64,000 nt of DNA from an uncultured virus (IMG/VR IMGVR_UViG_3300025603_000008) (IMGVR_UViG_3300025603_000008), one strand, 5' to 3'; counted from the stretch's first letter, positions 30,396 through 40,429 are shown. Made by a program: numbers and translations. Notes: generated from the letters alone by a model not told the origin.

Positions 30396-30662
30396 ATGAA
30401 ATACATCACAATATTAGAAGCAGAAACCACAGAATACCAAAATGTGGGCACTATAACCACAGAAGACATTGGTAATAGATTCAAAGAAGCAATTGAATCT
30501 CACTTTGACGCAACGTTAATTTCTTTTTCATTTGTGGATGAACAAATAAGCAGTTTAGAAGATTGCATATCCGCTTCTCCAATAGATTGTGTCGTAAAAC
30601 TAGACACTGCTGGAGGTGAAACAGATTACACAGTTGAACTATCAGAAACGTGGTTGTTTTAA
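30396..30662 (+). CDS. acidic hypothetical protein
   Basis: ATG after AT-rich leader. Confidence 0.7.
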   Translation: MKYITILEAETTEYQNVGTITTEDIGNRFKEAIESHFDATLISFSFVDEQISSLEDCISASPIDCVVKLDTAGGETDYTVELSETWLF

Positions 30663-30766
30663 AAACTCTTACAAGCAGCTTTGTTGAAAGACCCGAATGC
30701 GTTGAGGAACGAAATGAATGCGTTTTTTTAACTCATCCCAACTCTCCCTCTTGACTCATTGATTAT

Positions 30767-31108
30767 ATGGAACAGTGGAAAAGTATATTAATCAAATTTC
30801 TAAAGCACTTCTATCTTGATTACGAAGAAGATACGGCTGAAGATTATCTTGGAGATATTGAAGTAGAATCTATCCAAACGAAAAACAAATCGGGTGGGTA
30901 CTGCTCGATAACGGGAATGCCTTTTAAATACGACCAACCAGTTTCATTTGCAGACGCATTAAGCGACTTCAAGAACTCTTTGACCCCAGAAGAAACCTTA
31001 GCAATTCATATTGGCTCACGTTCGGAAGAATACCCTGACGTAGAAGAGCACGATGAAGAACGAGAATGTACTACAATAAAAATTGCACTTAATTCATCCC
31101 ACCTTTGA
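30767..31108 (+). CDS. acidic hypothetical protein
   Basis: Motif-led. Confidence 0.7.
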   Translation: MEQWKSILIKFLKHFYLDYEEDTAEDYLGDIEVESIQTKNKSGGYCSITGMPFKYDQPVSFADALSDFKNSLTPEETLAIHIGSRSEEYPDVEEHDEERECTTIKIALNSSHL

Positions 31109-31212
31109 AACAAAACTCATTATAGTTCGTATACTGTTAAACACAGCTAAATATAGTTCGTATACTGTTAAACAATGGCAATATTGCCACCAATCAAATC
31201 AATCAAATTAAT

Positions 31213-31455
31213 ATGAAAAACTTTTTTGGAATTATTTGCCTCATGGCAATTTTACTTTGCTCCTTCGGGGCAAATGCAACCTCTTTAGATACCTCGCCCG
31301 ATGTTGTGATATGCGTGGACAACAGCCTCGATGTTTCATTTAAAGTAGTGGGTGTTCATCCTCTGGTCACTTTAACTTGCTGTGAAACCTCGCCCGATGT
31401 TGTGATATGCGTGGACAACAGCCTCGATGTTTCATTTAAAGTAGTGGGTAGTTAA
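31213..31455 (+). pseudogene. signal-peptide protein truncated by an internal 63-bp duplication
   Basis: TSPDVVICVDNSLDVSFKVVG repeated (31291-31353, 31387-31449) then stop. Confidence 0.55.
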
Positions 31456-31548
31456 ATATAAAAAAGAAGCCAGAACACAAAAACTCTCACAATATCGTGA
31501 GAGTTTTTTTTAACTCATCCCAACTCTCCCTCTTGACTCATTGATGAT

Positions 31549-32379
31549 ATGGAAACAGAAGCACGTACTCAAGCTATAGAAACACTGAAGAGTCTGAATT
31601 CATTTGTTCATTCAGAATGTTTCAAAGATTTTTTCACACTTTACCACCAAAAAACTGGGTTGTTTTTAAAGACAATTGAGCAACTTATTGATGCAATTGC
31701 AAATAAAACCATTACCCCTCAAGATTTATTTGAGGAACGGTTTAATGGTTTTGAGTTTTCTGAACAAGAAGAGGACTATTGGTTAAACAACCTTTCTCTG
31801 TTTGATTACGATGTATATTTTCCACCGTTAGAAAAGCAAGCTCAGTCTGGCGTGTGGATTAAAGTTCGCAACAAAAATGGCTACCAAGTTCACTTCGCAA
31901 AAAAAGCTAGTCGTAAAATTCGTTTTATCGACAACACAGTTGAACTCCTTAGGGAATTTAATGAATTCCTATCAAAATTAGATACTGTAGATAATCCTGG
32001 ATGTGAGGCAAAATCCGATGCTATCCTAAAGAGCGAAGTAAGGCGCAAAATTGGACTACAACCTTATGAATTGTGGTATTGGCGTACAAAGACTCAAAAA
32101 GCTTATGTTACCCCGTCAGAATACGAGGTGGTGGATGTTCAAGAACTAATTGAGAGTGTACAAGATAAATCGCTCAAAGGAATTGTTAGCACACGCTCAT
32201 TATTTACTTCTCAAAACAAAGACAAAATTTATTATTTGAGGTCAAGGGGAGTTTCCGAAAATGTTGCTAAAATCATGGCAAATCTGAATCAATGTTACTT
32301 TGTTGTGAACATTGCAGAAGGAATGGAGCAATTGAATCAACAAGCAATTGATTCCTTCTCATCCCAACTCTCCCTTTAG
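31549..32379 (+). CDS. paralog of 22293 (SufBD-like C-terminal motif)
   Basis: IYYLRSRGVSENVAK, ends SSQLSL. Confidence 0.8.
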   Translation: METEARTQAIETLKSLNSFVHSECFKDFFTLYHQKTGLFLKTIEQLIDAIANKTITPQDLFEERFNGFEFSEQEEDYWLNNLSLFDYDVYFPPLEKQAQSGVWIKVRNKNGYQVHFAKKASRKIRFIDNTVELLREFNEFLSKLDTVDNPGCEAKSDAILKSEVRRKIGLQPYELWYWRTKTQKAYVTPSEYEVVDVQELIESVQDKSLKGIVSTRSLFTSQNKDKIYYLRSRGVSENVAKIMANLNQCYFVVNIAEGMEQLNQQAIDSFSSQLSL

Positions 32380-32407
32380 ACTCATTGATTGCATAAACCT
32401 AGTCATT

Positions 32408-32809
32408 ATGAACAAGAACGAAGAAAATGAATCAAATCGTCTCAACCAATTAATTGAGAGCAATAAAAAGCTGACTTATCAACAACCTGTTTACAACCAA
32501 ACTGTTTACAACCAAACAAAAGGCAATAAAACGGACGATAAACCTTGGGAGAAAATAACAGAAGGGAACGAATTTGACTGCCATATTCAAATCATTGACC
32601 TAGATGGGGTTGAACATAAGTTTTCATTTAAGATGGAATCTGATGGCGACTTTTGGGAAGGTGGTAAAGTTGGCAATATATCCTTTGATTTAAACTACTT
32701 TACAGACGAAGAAGATGTGGAGTTGCACCACATCGGAGTGTACATTCAGCGACTGGATGGTACGTATGATACAATTTTCCCGTTTCTACGTATACCTCTC
32801 AAAGGCTAA
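32408..32809 (+). CDS. hypothetical protein
   Basis: First ATG after motif 32359. Confidence 0.7.
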   Translation: MNKNEENESNRLNQLIESNKKLTYQQPVYNQTVYNQTKGNKTDDKPWEKITEGNEFDCHIQIIDLDGVEHKFSFKMESDGDFWEGGKVGNISFDLNYFTDEEDVELHHIGVYIQRLDGTYDTIFPFLRIPLKG

Positions 32810-32871
32810 TATTTTGAGTTATAAACTCTCCCTTAATCCATCCTAATCTCACAACTTGACTCATTGATAAT

Positions 32872-33267
32872 ATGAAACAACAAACAGCACTTCACAACTT
32901 TATGCGTGTCAACGGCAAAAGCCTTAGTTACAACGCACAGCTTAAAGCGCAGTTCAAAACCTTATCAATGGCTTACTTGCGCAAGCTAAAATCGGAACTT
33001 CAATTCACTGAGTGTAAAGTATCTTTTAATGCAGGCGGAATTGCCGTGTCAGGAGACGCTCATTTAATGGGAATGTTCAGTAACGGAATAGGAGTTTATA
33101 TAACAATAAACGAATCTTGGAATAACAGAAACTCCATGACATTCCTATTTCGCACAATTAAGAATATGAAGGATTATACAGGTGGACCAAATAATTACTT
33201 CAATGATGAACACCTTCAAGGCGAAGTTGTGATGAATAACATTAAGAGCCTTTGTAACGTTTCTTAA
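32872..33267 (+). CDS. paralog of 21476
   Basis: Motif-led. Confidence 0.8.
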   Translation: MKQQTALHNFMRVNGKSLSYNAQLKAQFKTLSMAYLRKLKSELQFTECKVSFNAGGIAVSGDAHLMGMFSNGIGVYITINESWNNRNSMTFLFRTIKNMKDYTGGPNNYFNDEHLQGEVVMNNIKSLCNVS

Positions 33268-33350
33268 TCTAAACTCTCCCCTCAGAAAAAATCCTTACAG
33301 AAATGTAGGGGTTTTTTCATCCCAACTCCCGAACCAAACTCATAAGCATC

Positions 33351-33593
33351 ATGGCAGTAGAATTGAACATAAACGGATACGTGCATTTGACTTTTTTAAA
33401 CAGAAACGAATTTAATACTCCTGTTGACAAGGAAACTGAACAAGGAATCCTCGACAACCTTCAACAAGGTGAATATTTGATTTCTCTTTCAAACAAAACC
33501 GTTATGGACATTAACGATTTACAAAACCCAGTCTATAGATTTGAGATAGATGTAACGGATGCGCTAGATTATGAGTTTGAAACAATAGACTAA
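33351..33593 (+). CDS. hypothetical protein
   Basis: Motif-led. Confidence 0.7.
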   Translation: MAVELNINGYVHLTFLNRNEFNTPVDKETEQGILDNLQQGEYLISLSNKTVMDINDLQNPVYRFEIDVTDALDYEFETID

Positions 33594-33628
33594 CTCATCC
33601 TAAACTCTATTTTTGACTCATTTGTTTT

Positions 33629-33844
33629 ATGGAAGACAGAAACGGTATAGAAATTAAAGACGGTGATATTATTGATATTCACCAAACTGTAAATGGACAA
33701 AATCTATTTGTAGTGTTAACAGTTGAGCCTTTAGATGTTGTTTACAAGTATGACTTAAACAAGAAGTATGAGTATGACAAGCAAGAACTTTTAGAGGTAA
33801 ATGAGTTTGAAAAAGAAATTGAAATTATAGGAACAATTCTTTAG
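33629..33844 (+). CDS. YopX-like protein
   Basis: DRNGIEIKDGDII...EIIGTI resembles YopX motif. Confidence 0.6.
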   Translation: MEDRNGIEIKDGDIIDIHQTVNGQNLFVVLTVEPLDVVYKYDLNKKYEYDKQELLEVNEFEKEIEIIGTIL

Positions 33845-33923
33845 TGAGTTTTTTCATCCTACAAAACAAACAGCACTCATATAGGGTATAACAGCAGAAA
33901 AACAAACCCAACACATAGACATC

Positions 33924-34253
33924 ATGGCACAACCACTAACAGACCTCGTAACGCTTAGATGCGCACTTAACGAAGCAATCATAAAGAAAGCAAAGCAACT
34001 CCAGACACTCTGGGGCAAAGAAAGCGCACACTCAAACCGAACTGCAATACACATTGTTGGCGAAAACAATAAAATCAATATAGAAGGAGCTAGATACCTG
34101 ACGGAGATTAATGCACAATCTCAGAATCTAATTGACAACAAGGGGTACAGCTACAACTACGACAGCATCCCAGTGGAAGATTTGTGTACCATCTTGGACA
34201 ATCAAGAACTTCATTACCAACAAGTCCCTAACAACTTAGAAACAGAAGCATGA
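33924..34253 (+). CDS. hypothetical protein
   Basis: Motif upstream. Confidence 0.7.
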   Translation: MAQPLTDLVTLRCALNEAIIKKAKQLQTLWGKESAHSNRTAIHIVGENNKINIEGARYLTEINAQSQNLIDNKGYSYNYDSIPVEDLCTILDNQELHYQQVPNNLETEA

Positions 34254-34489
34254 AAGCAGGGAGCACAGTTAAAATAGTAGACGACTTTCATGAGTACAAC
34301 TCAAAAGGTAAGTGGGGTGTAAGCTGGAAAGCAGGGGCGCAAGGCACTTATCTAGGACTGGAAGACGTCCGAGGCACAATGAAGGGCGCTATGCTATGTG
34401 GCTCAGAGGCTGCTGGATACTTCAGGTTCAAAGTTCGACCCCAGTTTCTGGAGCTAGTGGAAGAAAAACTCATCCCACAAGACAACTAG
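34250..34489 (+). CDS. hypothetical protein
   Basis: ATGA overlap, stop in next motif. Confidence 0.65.
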   Translation: MKAGSTVKIVDDFHEYNSKGKWGVSWKAGAQGTYLGLEDVRGTMKGAMLCGSEAAGYFRFKVRPQFLELVEEKLIPQDN

Positions 34490-34503
34490 CACTCATATAG
34501 GTT

Positions 34504-35553
34504 ATGACAGCAGAAAAGCAAATCCCAGCCCCAGTAAATCTCACCCTAGCGGAGTTGAACACCTACGACACAATCATCGTAATGTTCTCAGGCGGAAAGG
34601 ATTCTATTGCATCACACCTTCACTTATTACAAATGGGCGTTGACCCTAGCCGCATCGAGCTATGGCATCACGACATTGACGGAAGAGAATCAGGGCGTTT
34701 GTTTGACTGGGAAATCACAAGAGACTATTGCCGCAAGTACGCAGCTGCTTTCAACACACCAATCTATTTCAGCTGGCTGGAAGGCGGCTTCGAACGAGAG
34801 ATGACTCGAATCGAGTCCAAGAAATCTAAGACATGGTTTGAGTACCCTGGAGCCAATGGCGAAATCCTACTGGGGTCTGCTGGAGGAACTAAAGGAAAAC
34901 TCAACACCAGAATGAAGTTCCCCCAGATTGGAGCGGACTTATCCACGCGATGGTGTTCAGCTTATCTCAAGATAGATGTGGCAACCACCGCAATAAGCAA
35001 CCAAGAAAGATTCATCGGAAAGCGCACGCTGGTTGTGACTGGAGAGCGTGGTCAAGAGTCAAGCAATCGAGCATACTATCACATGATGGAGGCTGACCGC
35101 TCAGACAACCGAGGAGGAGCAAGAGTTGACCGATTGGTAGACCACTACCGACCAATACGAGACTGGAGAGAAGAACGAGTTTGGGCAATCATCCAAGAAT
35201 ACCGAGTTAACCCTCACCCTGCCTACAAATTAGGCTTCGGACGCACTTCATGCTTGTTTTGCATCTTCGGAAACCAAGACCAATTCGCAACCGCTAGGTT
35301 CATCTCTCCCCAAGAGGGCGAGAAGCTGGCACAGCTGGAAGAGACCTTCACAGAGTTCCACGGAAAGCGTGTGACGATGAAGCGAAAGGATTCCATCCGA
35401 GAACTTTACGGGAAGGGCGAAGTGTACCCAGCGACGCTAGGAAGCCCAGAGCAAGTGGCTGTTGCCCAGAGTAAGACATTCGATGAAGAGATATTCATTA
35501 ACAACTGGACTCTCCCTGCTGGAGCATACGCAGAGAGCTGCGGCCCTAGTTAA
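34504..35553 (+). CDS. phosphoadenosine phosphosulfate reductase-family (PP-loop) protein
   Basis: FSGGKDS, RWC...LK, GER..ES..R, HPAY..GFGRTSC..C. Confidence 0.85.
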   Translation: MTAEKQIPAPVNLTLAELNTYDTIIVMFSGGKDSIASHLHLLQMGVDPSRIELWHHDIDGRESGRLFDWEITRDYCRKYAAAFNTPIYFSWLEGGFEREMTRIESKKSKTWFEYPGANGEILLGSAGGTKGKLNTRMKFPQIGADLSTRWCSAYLKIDVATTAISNQERFIGKRTLVVTGERGQESSNRAYYHMMEADRSDNRGGARVDRLVDHYRPIRDWREERVWAIIQEYRVNPHPAYKLGFGRTSCLFCIFGNQDQFATARFISPQEGEKLAQLEETFTEFHGKRVTMKRKDSIRELYGKGEVYPATLGSPEQVAVAQSKTFDEEIFINNWTLPAGAYAESCGPS

Positions 35554-35588
35554 GTCATCCCAACTCTCCCTTTAAACTCATGGACATC

Positions 35589-35798
35589 ATGGCACAACCA
35601 CTAATAGAAATAGACGCTGTCCAGACAGCATTACAATCCACGTTCGATGATTATCAGGTTCGACATTCTGTTTATCTAGCAACACTTGGCAAGAGGTGTT
35701 CTGTAAAAGTTGCAGACAATACTGTCCATCCAATCATGAGAAAGATTGTCAAAGAACGCAAGCGAATTTACTGGTGTCTTCTATCCGAAGCTAGTTGA
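35589..35798 (+). CDS. hypothetical protein
   Basis: ATG 7 nt after motif 35555. MAQPL start shared with 33924. Confidence 0.65.
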   Translation: MAQPLIEIDAVQTALQSTFDDYQVRHSVYLATLGKRCSVKVADNTVHPIMRKIVKERKRIYWCLLSEAS

Positions 35799-35802
35799 AT
35801 CA

Positions 35803-35880
35803 AAACTCATCCCAGCGAACAAATCAAACTCATCCCAGCGAACAAATCAAACTCATCCCAGCGAACAAATCAAAACTCAT
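35803..35880 (+). repeat. 23-bp tandem repeat x3 built from the class I motif
   Basis: aaactcatcccagcgaacaaatc x3 + aaaactcat. Confidence 0.9.
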
Positions 35881-35887
35881 TAAAGAC

Positions 35888-36133
35888 ATGGCATATCCAG
35901 AATATACAATTCAGAACGCAATCAACGGAGCAATACAGACCGCAGAAGAAAAGAAGTCCTCTGGGCAGCTTTACTTCACTGGGCAAGATGATTCCGACCA
36001 CGACTGGAGTCAAGGAGACCCAGAGACAGTTCATTCAATCATATCTCTGTATCAAGATGACGACAATGATGATGGAACTTGGGAGACCCAGATACGCGAT
36101 GCTTTGTTCGAAGAATACTCAGAGTACTTCTAA
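35888..36133 (+). CDS. acidic hypothetical protein
   Basis: ATG 7 nt after final ACTCAT. Confidence 0.7.
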   Translation: MAYPEYTIQNAINGAIQTAEEKKSSGQLYFTGQDDSDHDWSQGDPETVHSIISLYQDDDNDDGTWETQIRDALFEEYSEYF

Positions 36134-36424
36134 GCGCAACCATTTTAACGATTTTGCGTATATTTACAACTGAAGTAACTCTGCTTCTGTTGATGAATAC
36201 AGAAGCCGACACAAAGACCGTCTTTTGGCGGGATTTACCATTTTTACAAATTGTTTCTAAACAATCAAAAAGGAAGGCTCGGTGTGGAACTGAGCCTTCT
36301 GCTTTTCATCCTATTTCGTTAACTCGACTCATAAGGGATTCAATCAATTCATTTAAAGCAAAACACTATAGCAAAAATATTGCCCCTTTTTCATCCCAAC
36401 CCCCAAGTTAAACTCATAGAAGTT

Positions 36425-36829
36425 ATGAAAAACATTATCTTACTTATGCTTGCCCTTGTTGCAACAACAACTGCAAGTTCCCAAATTGACTTTATCGCTG
36501 AACTGGACACAAAACTAGACAGTTGCACAATAACTATAGATTACTTTGACGTTGAAGCAGACTCTTTGGTTCACGCTGAAATACATGGCAAAGGCAAGTG
36601 GAACAAATTCAGAATCTATGGAATTGATTGCGAACTTGTAGTCCAAGTTAAAGGTGTTAACGAAGCAGGTGTTTGGCTTTGTAAAACAACAACTTTTAAA
36701 GAGACGAAAAAAAAAGAAGCACCTCGCCTTTTTTCAGCAAAGTTAGGTATGAATAAAGCCGATGCAGATGTAGAACTTATTGATGGTAACATAAAAATCA
36801 CCTTTGTAGAAAGCGTTTTTTGTTATTAA
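36425..36829 (+). CDS. secreted protein (signal peptide)
   Basis: MKNIILLMLALVATTTASSQ, motif-led. Confidence 0.75.
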   Translation: MKNIILLMLALVATTTASSQIDFIAELDTKLDSCTITIDYFDVEADSLVHAEIHGKGKWNKFRIYGIDCELVVQVKGVNEAGVWLCKTTTFKETKKKEAPRLFSAKLGMNKADADVELIDGNIKITFVESVFCY

Positions 36830-37025
36830 AAGATTTCATCCCAACCCTCTTTTTAAACTCATAGAAAGCATGGCAGCAAAGAAAGACATCTTGGAGGAGT
36901 TGAAAAACTTGAAGGGTAATCCATCCTAGCAACCAAATTCAACTCATTGGGAGTATGAAACAAATAGACCTCAGCAAAATAACGTACCTTGTCATCATGG
37001 TAATCGTATTAACCCCAGCACTATA

Positions 37026-37448
37026 ATGGACGTACTCAGACTAGACGGCAACAGCACAACAGACGAAATCAAAGAAGCACTTGAAGGCGAATCCCGTCCG
37101 AAGATTATTGTGATTGTCCCAAGGAGCATGGAAGGACTGAAAGCCTCAATGGTTGCTGTGATGCTACACAAAAGCAACCTTCCTATACTTGCAGGAAATG
37201 TTAACCACGTATCTGACGAAGAATTGTTAAAGTTTTCAGAAGAGAATTCAATCCCAAAACCACGACAAGAAGATTTGATGGCGGCATTGCTTTCAAATGA
37301 AGCATTTAAGATAACGGCACACCCAATACTGGAAGACATCTACATTGACGTTGACCCAAAGCAAAAGAAATTCTCGGATAAAAACAACAAAAACCGACAA
37401 AGACATTTTAACAGAAGTCAGAAACAAAACTTTAAAGGGAAAAGATAA
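37026..37448 (+). CDS. hypothetical protein
   Basis: ORF with basic tail. Confidence 0.7.
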   Translation: MDVLRLDGNSTTDEIKEALEGESRPKIIVIVPRSMEGLKASMVAVMLHKSNLPILAGNVNHVSDEELLKFSEENSIPKPRQEDLMAALLSNEAFKITAHPILEDIYIDVDPKQKKFSDKNNKNRQRHFNRSQKQNFKGKR

Positions 37449-37747
37449 TGGCAATCAAGAAATCAGAAATAGCAATAGGTGTTCGTGTGGTTCTAAACGA
37501 TAAATGGGAACAAAAGTGTCTTGGAGACAAATATCTACAAGACGAGAAGGTTCTGTATATCTCATCTGAAAGACCATACAACGACGTCAAAGGCGACTAT
37601 GTTCATATTGGTGGCGGTTCTCACACAAATAGCGGATATGCTTACTTAGACCAACTGGACTTGGAACACGATTGGAGGACCATCATTCCACAAAAAGAAG
37701 CATACAAAGAAGGGTCCCTAATGCACAAGGGCGCACAGGACCAGTAA
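37448..37747 (+). CDS. hypothetical protein
   Basis: TAATG overlap. Confidence 0.7.
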   Translation: MAIKKSEIAIGVRVVLNDKWEQKCLGDKYLQDEKVLYISSERPYNDVKGDYVHIGGGSHTNSGYAYLDQLDLEHDWRTIIPQKEAYKEGSLMHKGAQDQ

Positions 37748-37779
37748 ATTATACATCCCGACTCTCCCTTTGGACTCAT

Positions 37780-37950
37780 GGTCCACGTAAAGGGCCAGAA
37801 AAGGGCTAAAAAAGCATGGCCTTGGGGCCACAAAGGTCCTCAAAGGCCTATATACACTAGTGATTAAATGGGCCACTATTGGGCCACAAACATATTGGGT
37901 AGGACCTTGCTGGGGAGGACCTTGCTGGGGAGTAGGGTCCTTTCTTTTTT
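37780..37950. other. GC-rich non-coding segment dense in GGNCC/GGCC, with a 15-bp tandem repeat
   Basis: Nine GGNCC plus two further GGCC in about 160 bp, aggaccttgctgggg x2, between two class I motifs. Confidence 0.6.
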
Positions 37951-38246
37951 TCATCCCAACTCTCCCTTTGAACTCATGAATTTTAAACAACGTTTGTATA
38001 AGAACCGTTGCTTTTCGCAATGGATTTTATACGGTGTTACCCTTAGTACGGCAATTAATCACAAAACTTTATTAGTATTCCTTTTGTATTTACAATATAT
38101 TTACTATCTTTGATATATGTTAAACTTAAAAAAAAACAAAATGGATAATTCAAAAACAATGTTCATCGGGGAAAATTGGTATTACTGGAATAATGAAAAA
38201 AAACAATGGATGCCTGAATCTTATAAATTTGAAGAAACTAATTAAT

Positions 38247-38384
38247 ATGCCAAAGACTAAAAAAGTGACAATTACTTTAACAGAAGAACAGCAAGAGCAA
38301 GCAAGAAAGCAAAGCAAGGTTTTGTTTGGGAAAGAAAACATCAGCGGATACGTTGGATACTTGATTGAGAAAGCGCGAACCTAG
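38247..38384 (+). CDS. ribbon-helix-helix-like small regulator
   Basis: KKVTITLTEEQ...ISGYVGYLIEK. Upstream TATCTTTG box at about 38106. Confidence 0.55.
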   Translation: MPKTKKVTITLTEEQQEQARKQSKVLFGKENISGYVGYLIEKART

Positions 38385-38468
38385 TATTAAGGTGGGCGGA
38401 GAATTTGGCACACCTATATTTGTAGATTAAGAACTCATCCCAGCAAACCAACACAACTCATTGACAGC

Positions 38469-39113
38469 ATGAACATAGATATCCAGCCCACCATAAAACT
38501 AGCGACCGACAAAGGAATCAATTTAGCCTTGGACGCATACGACAAACCACTCTACGCAGTTGAGCGGGCAGACGGCACACAGTTCTCTGCTACTTTCGAC
38601 CCTGAACAGCTTGCTGGGTTCTGTCCAAGCAAGACAGTGAGCGAGATGCTTACAGCATGGGAAACAGATTCTACTGGAAAGCTAGAGTTTGTTAAATACA
38701 CCTACGACCCAAGCCTGAAGGTGTTCCCGCTACTGGGGAAATTGATTCCAGTTGTAGCCAAGCAAGACGTTTTTAACTGGTTCAAAAAAGGCGAACAGCT
38801 TCATGTTCAATCAGTTTTGTATGACACAAGACAATTGCTGGTGAATGACATTTGGGGCTGGTTGGAAAATGGTGAAGTTCGCGGAATGATTCGGCGTCCA
38901 TTTAGATTGGCTGAGGATTTGCCAGTCGATACAATCTACGAGCATCCTGATAGCAAAAATAAAGCTATCAAAATGTTTGATGCGGTTTATGCAGAGGTGG
39001 GAACACTTCGATATTTGACCATCGTTTCTAAGATTGGAACACACTCATCTTCACTCCTTCCAAAAGAAATTTCATATTACTTTGACAAAGTTTCATCTGG
39101 AACACGTATGTAG
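38469..39113 (+). CDS. hypothetical protein
   Basis: Motif-led. Confidence 0.75.
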   Translation: MNIDIQPTIKLATDKGINLALDAYDKPLYAVERADGTQFSATFDPEQLAGFCPSKTVSEMLTAWETDSTGKLEFVKYTYDPSLKVFPLLGKLIPVVAKQDVFNWFKKGEQLHVQSVLYDTRQLLVNDIWGWLENGEVRGMIRRPFRLAEDLPVDTIYEHPDSKNKAIKMFDAVYAEVGTLRYLTIVSKIGTHSSSLLPKEISYYFDKVSSGTRM

Positions 39114-39119
39114 TGCTTG

Positions 39120-39180
39120 CGTATAACACCAAGCTAAACATCTGCGACCATAGGGAGTTGTGTTTTAGCGACTGTTATGG
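39120..39180 (+). mobile_element. attC-like (integron cassette recombination site) hairpin
   Basis: GTATAAC-5nt-GCTAAACA...TGTTTTAGC-GACT-GTTATGG, R''-L''...L'-R' layout right after a stop codon. Confidence 0.5.
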
Positions 39181-39316
39181 CACGTTTTAATGTGCCTTTT
39201 TGTTTTTCATCCTAGGTCGGGGATTCGACTCATACCATATGGAAAACCGCTCCTCTTGTTTTGTTTTTTGCTGCTTTGGTTTTCATCCTAGCCTGAACCT
39301 CTGACTCATAAACAGC

Positions 39317-40069
39317 ATGACACAGCAAAGCAACATACGATTCACATTTGGAAATGCAAAACTCTCAAAGGGCACTGCAATCCTTTCACTATTAGCGGGT
39401 CACAATTGCCCAGGGGCTAAAGACTGCAAGTCACAGGTAATTGAGACTCCTGATGGCATGAGAATTCAAGATGGTGAACATACTGAATTTCGATGTTATG
39501 CGGCTTCTATGGAGCTTAGAAGCAAGCCCGCCTATGACTTGCACAAAGCAAACTTTGAAGCACTCAAACAAGCTAGGACGGTCGAGGCAAAGGTTCAAGT
39601 TATTGTTGACGCAATCGAAGCACAGGATATCACAGACTTTAAACGCGTTAGAATTCACTCAAGTGGTGACTTTTTTGTGCAATCTTACTTTGACGCATGG
39701 ATTGAAGTTGCCCGTGCATATCCTGATTTGATTTTCTACGCATACACCAAGTCTCTAAAGTTTTGGGTGCGTAGGTTAGATTCAATTCCTACAAACTTTA
39801 AACTCACGGCTTCATACGGTGGTCATGGCGACAGCCTAATTGAGCAATACAGCCTTAAAGCGGTGACAGTAGTCTACAGCGTAGAAGAAGCTGAAGAAGC
39901 GGGTCTCCCTATAGATAAGGACGATTCGCACGCATGGGCACAAGATGAAAATTTTGCTCAACTGATTCACGGCACGCAGCCCGCAGGCTCAAAGGCAAGC
40001 AAAGCTTATCAAGCCTTGAAGAAAATTGGTATCACGGGGTACGGAAAGGGCAATAAGAAAATTGCCTAA
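39317..40069 (+). CDS. gp88-like (radical-SAM-related) phage protein
   Basis: GNAKL, CPGA..C...CYA, RIHSSGDF, FYAYTKS. Confidence 0.75.
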   Translation: MTQQSNIRFTFGNAKLSKGTAILSLLAGHNCPGAKDCKSQVIETPDGMRIQDGEHTEFRCYAASMELRSKPAYDLHKANFEALKQARTVEAKVQVIVDAIEAQDITDFKRVRIHSSGDFFVQSYFDAWIEVARAYPDLIFYAYTKSLKFWVRRLDSIPTNFKLTASYGGHGDSLIEQYSLKAVTVVYSVEEAEEAGLPIDKDDSHAWAQDENFAQLIHGTQPAGSKASKAYQALKKIGITGYGKGNKKIA

Positions 40070-40107
40070 TTTTCCATCCTCAAACTCTCCCTCAACTCAT
40101 TGAAAAT

Positions 40108-40404
40108 ATGAAAGTAGACATCGTAAAATATTACCCCGACTTAGAAGCTAACCCTTACCCTAAATACCTTTCAGAAGTTCCTGAAGAAGGGTTCGAAGTA
40201 GGCGACCTGCTTTTTGACAAAGCAAACAACGCCATTGGTATGGTATTGGGGTGCATCGACTACAAAGGCGGTGAATTAAGATTGGATTCAGACGGCATGA
40301 GACCAATCGAAGACCTGAGATATGCTAAATTATCCGACGTAAACGAAGATATGCGAAGTCAAACAGGCATTACTTCTGAACTTGCGAAAGAAATCTCATC
40401 CTAA
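40108..40404 (+). CDS. hypothetical protein
   Basis: Motif-led. Confidence 0.7.
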   Translation: MKVDIVKYYPDLEANPYPKYLSEVPEEGFEVGDLLFDKANNAIGMVLGCIDYKGGELRLDSDGMRPIEDLRYAKLSDVNEDMRSQTGITSELAKEISS

Positions 40405-40429
40405 ACTCTCCCTTGAACTCATAAACATC

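Noticed and set aside
37718..38113. ORFs 37718..38020 (-) and 37868..38113 (+)
   Set aside because: They are translations of the GGNCC/tandem-repeat segment and cross promoter motifs.
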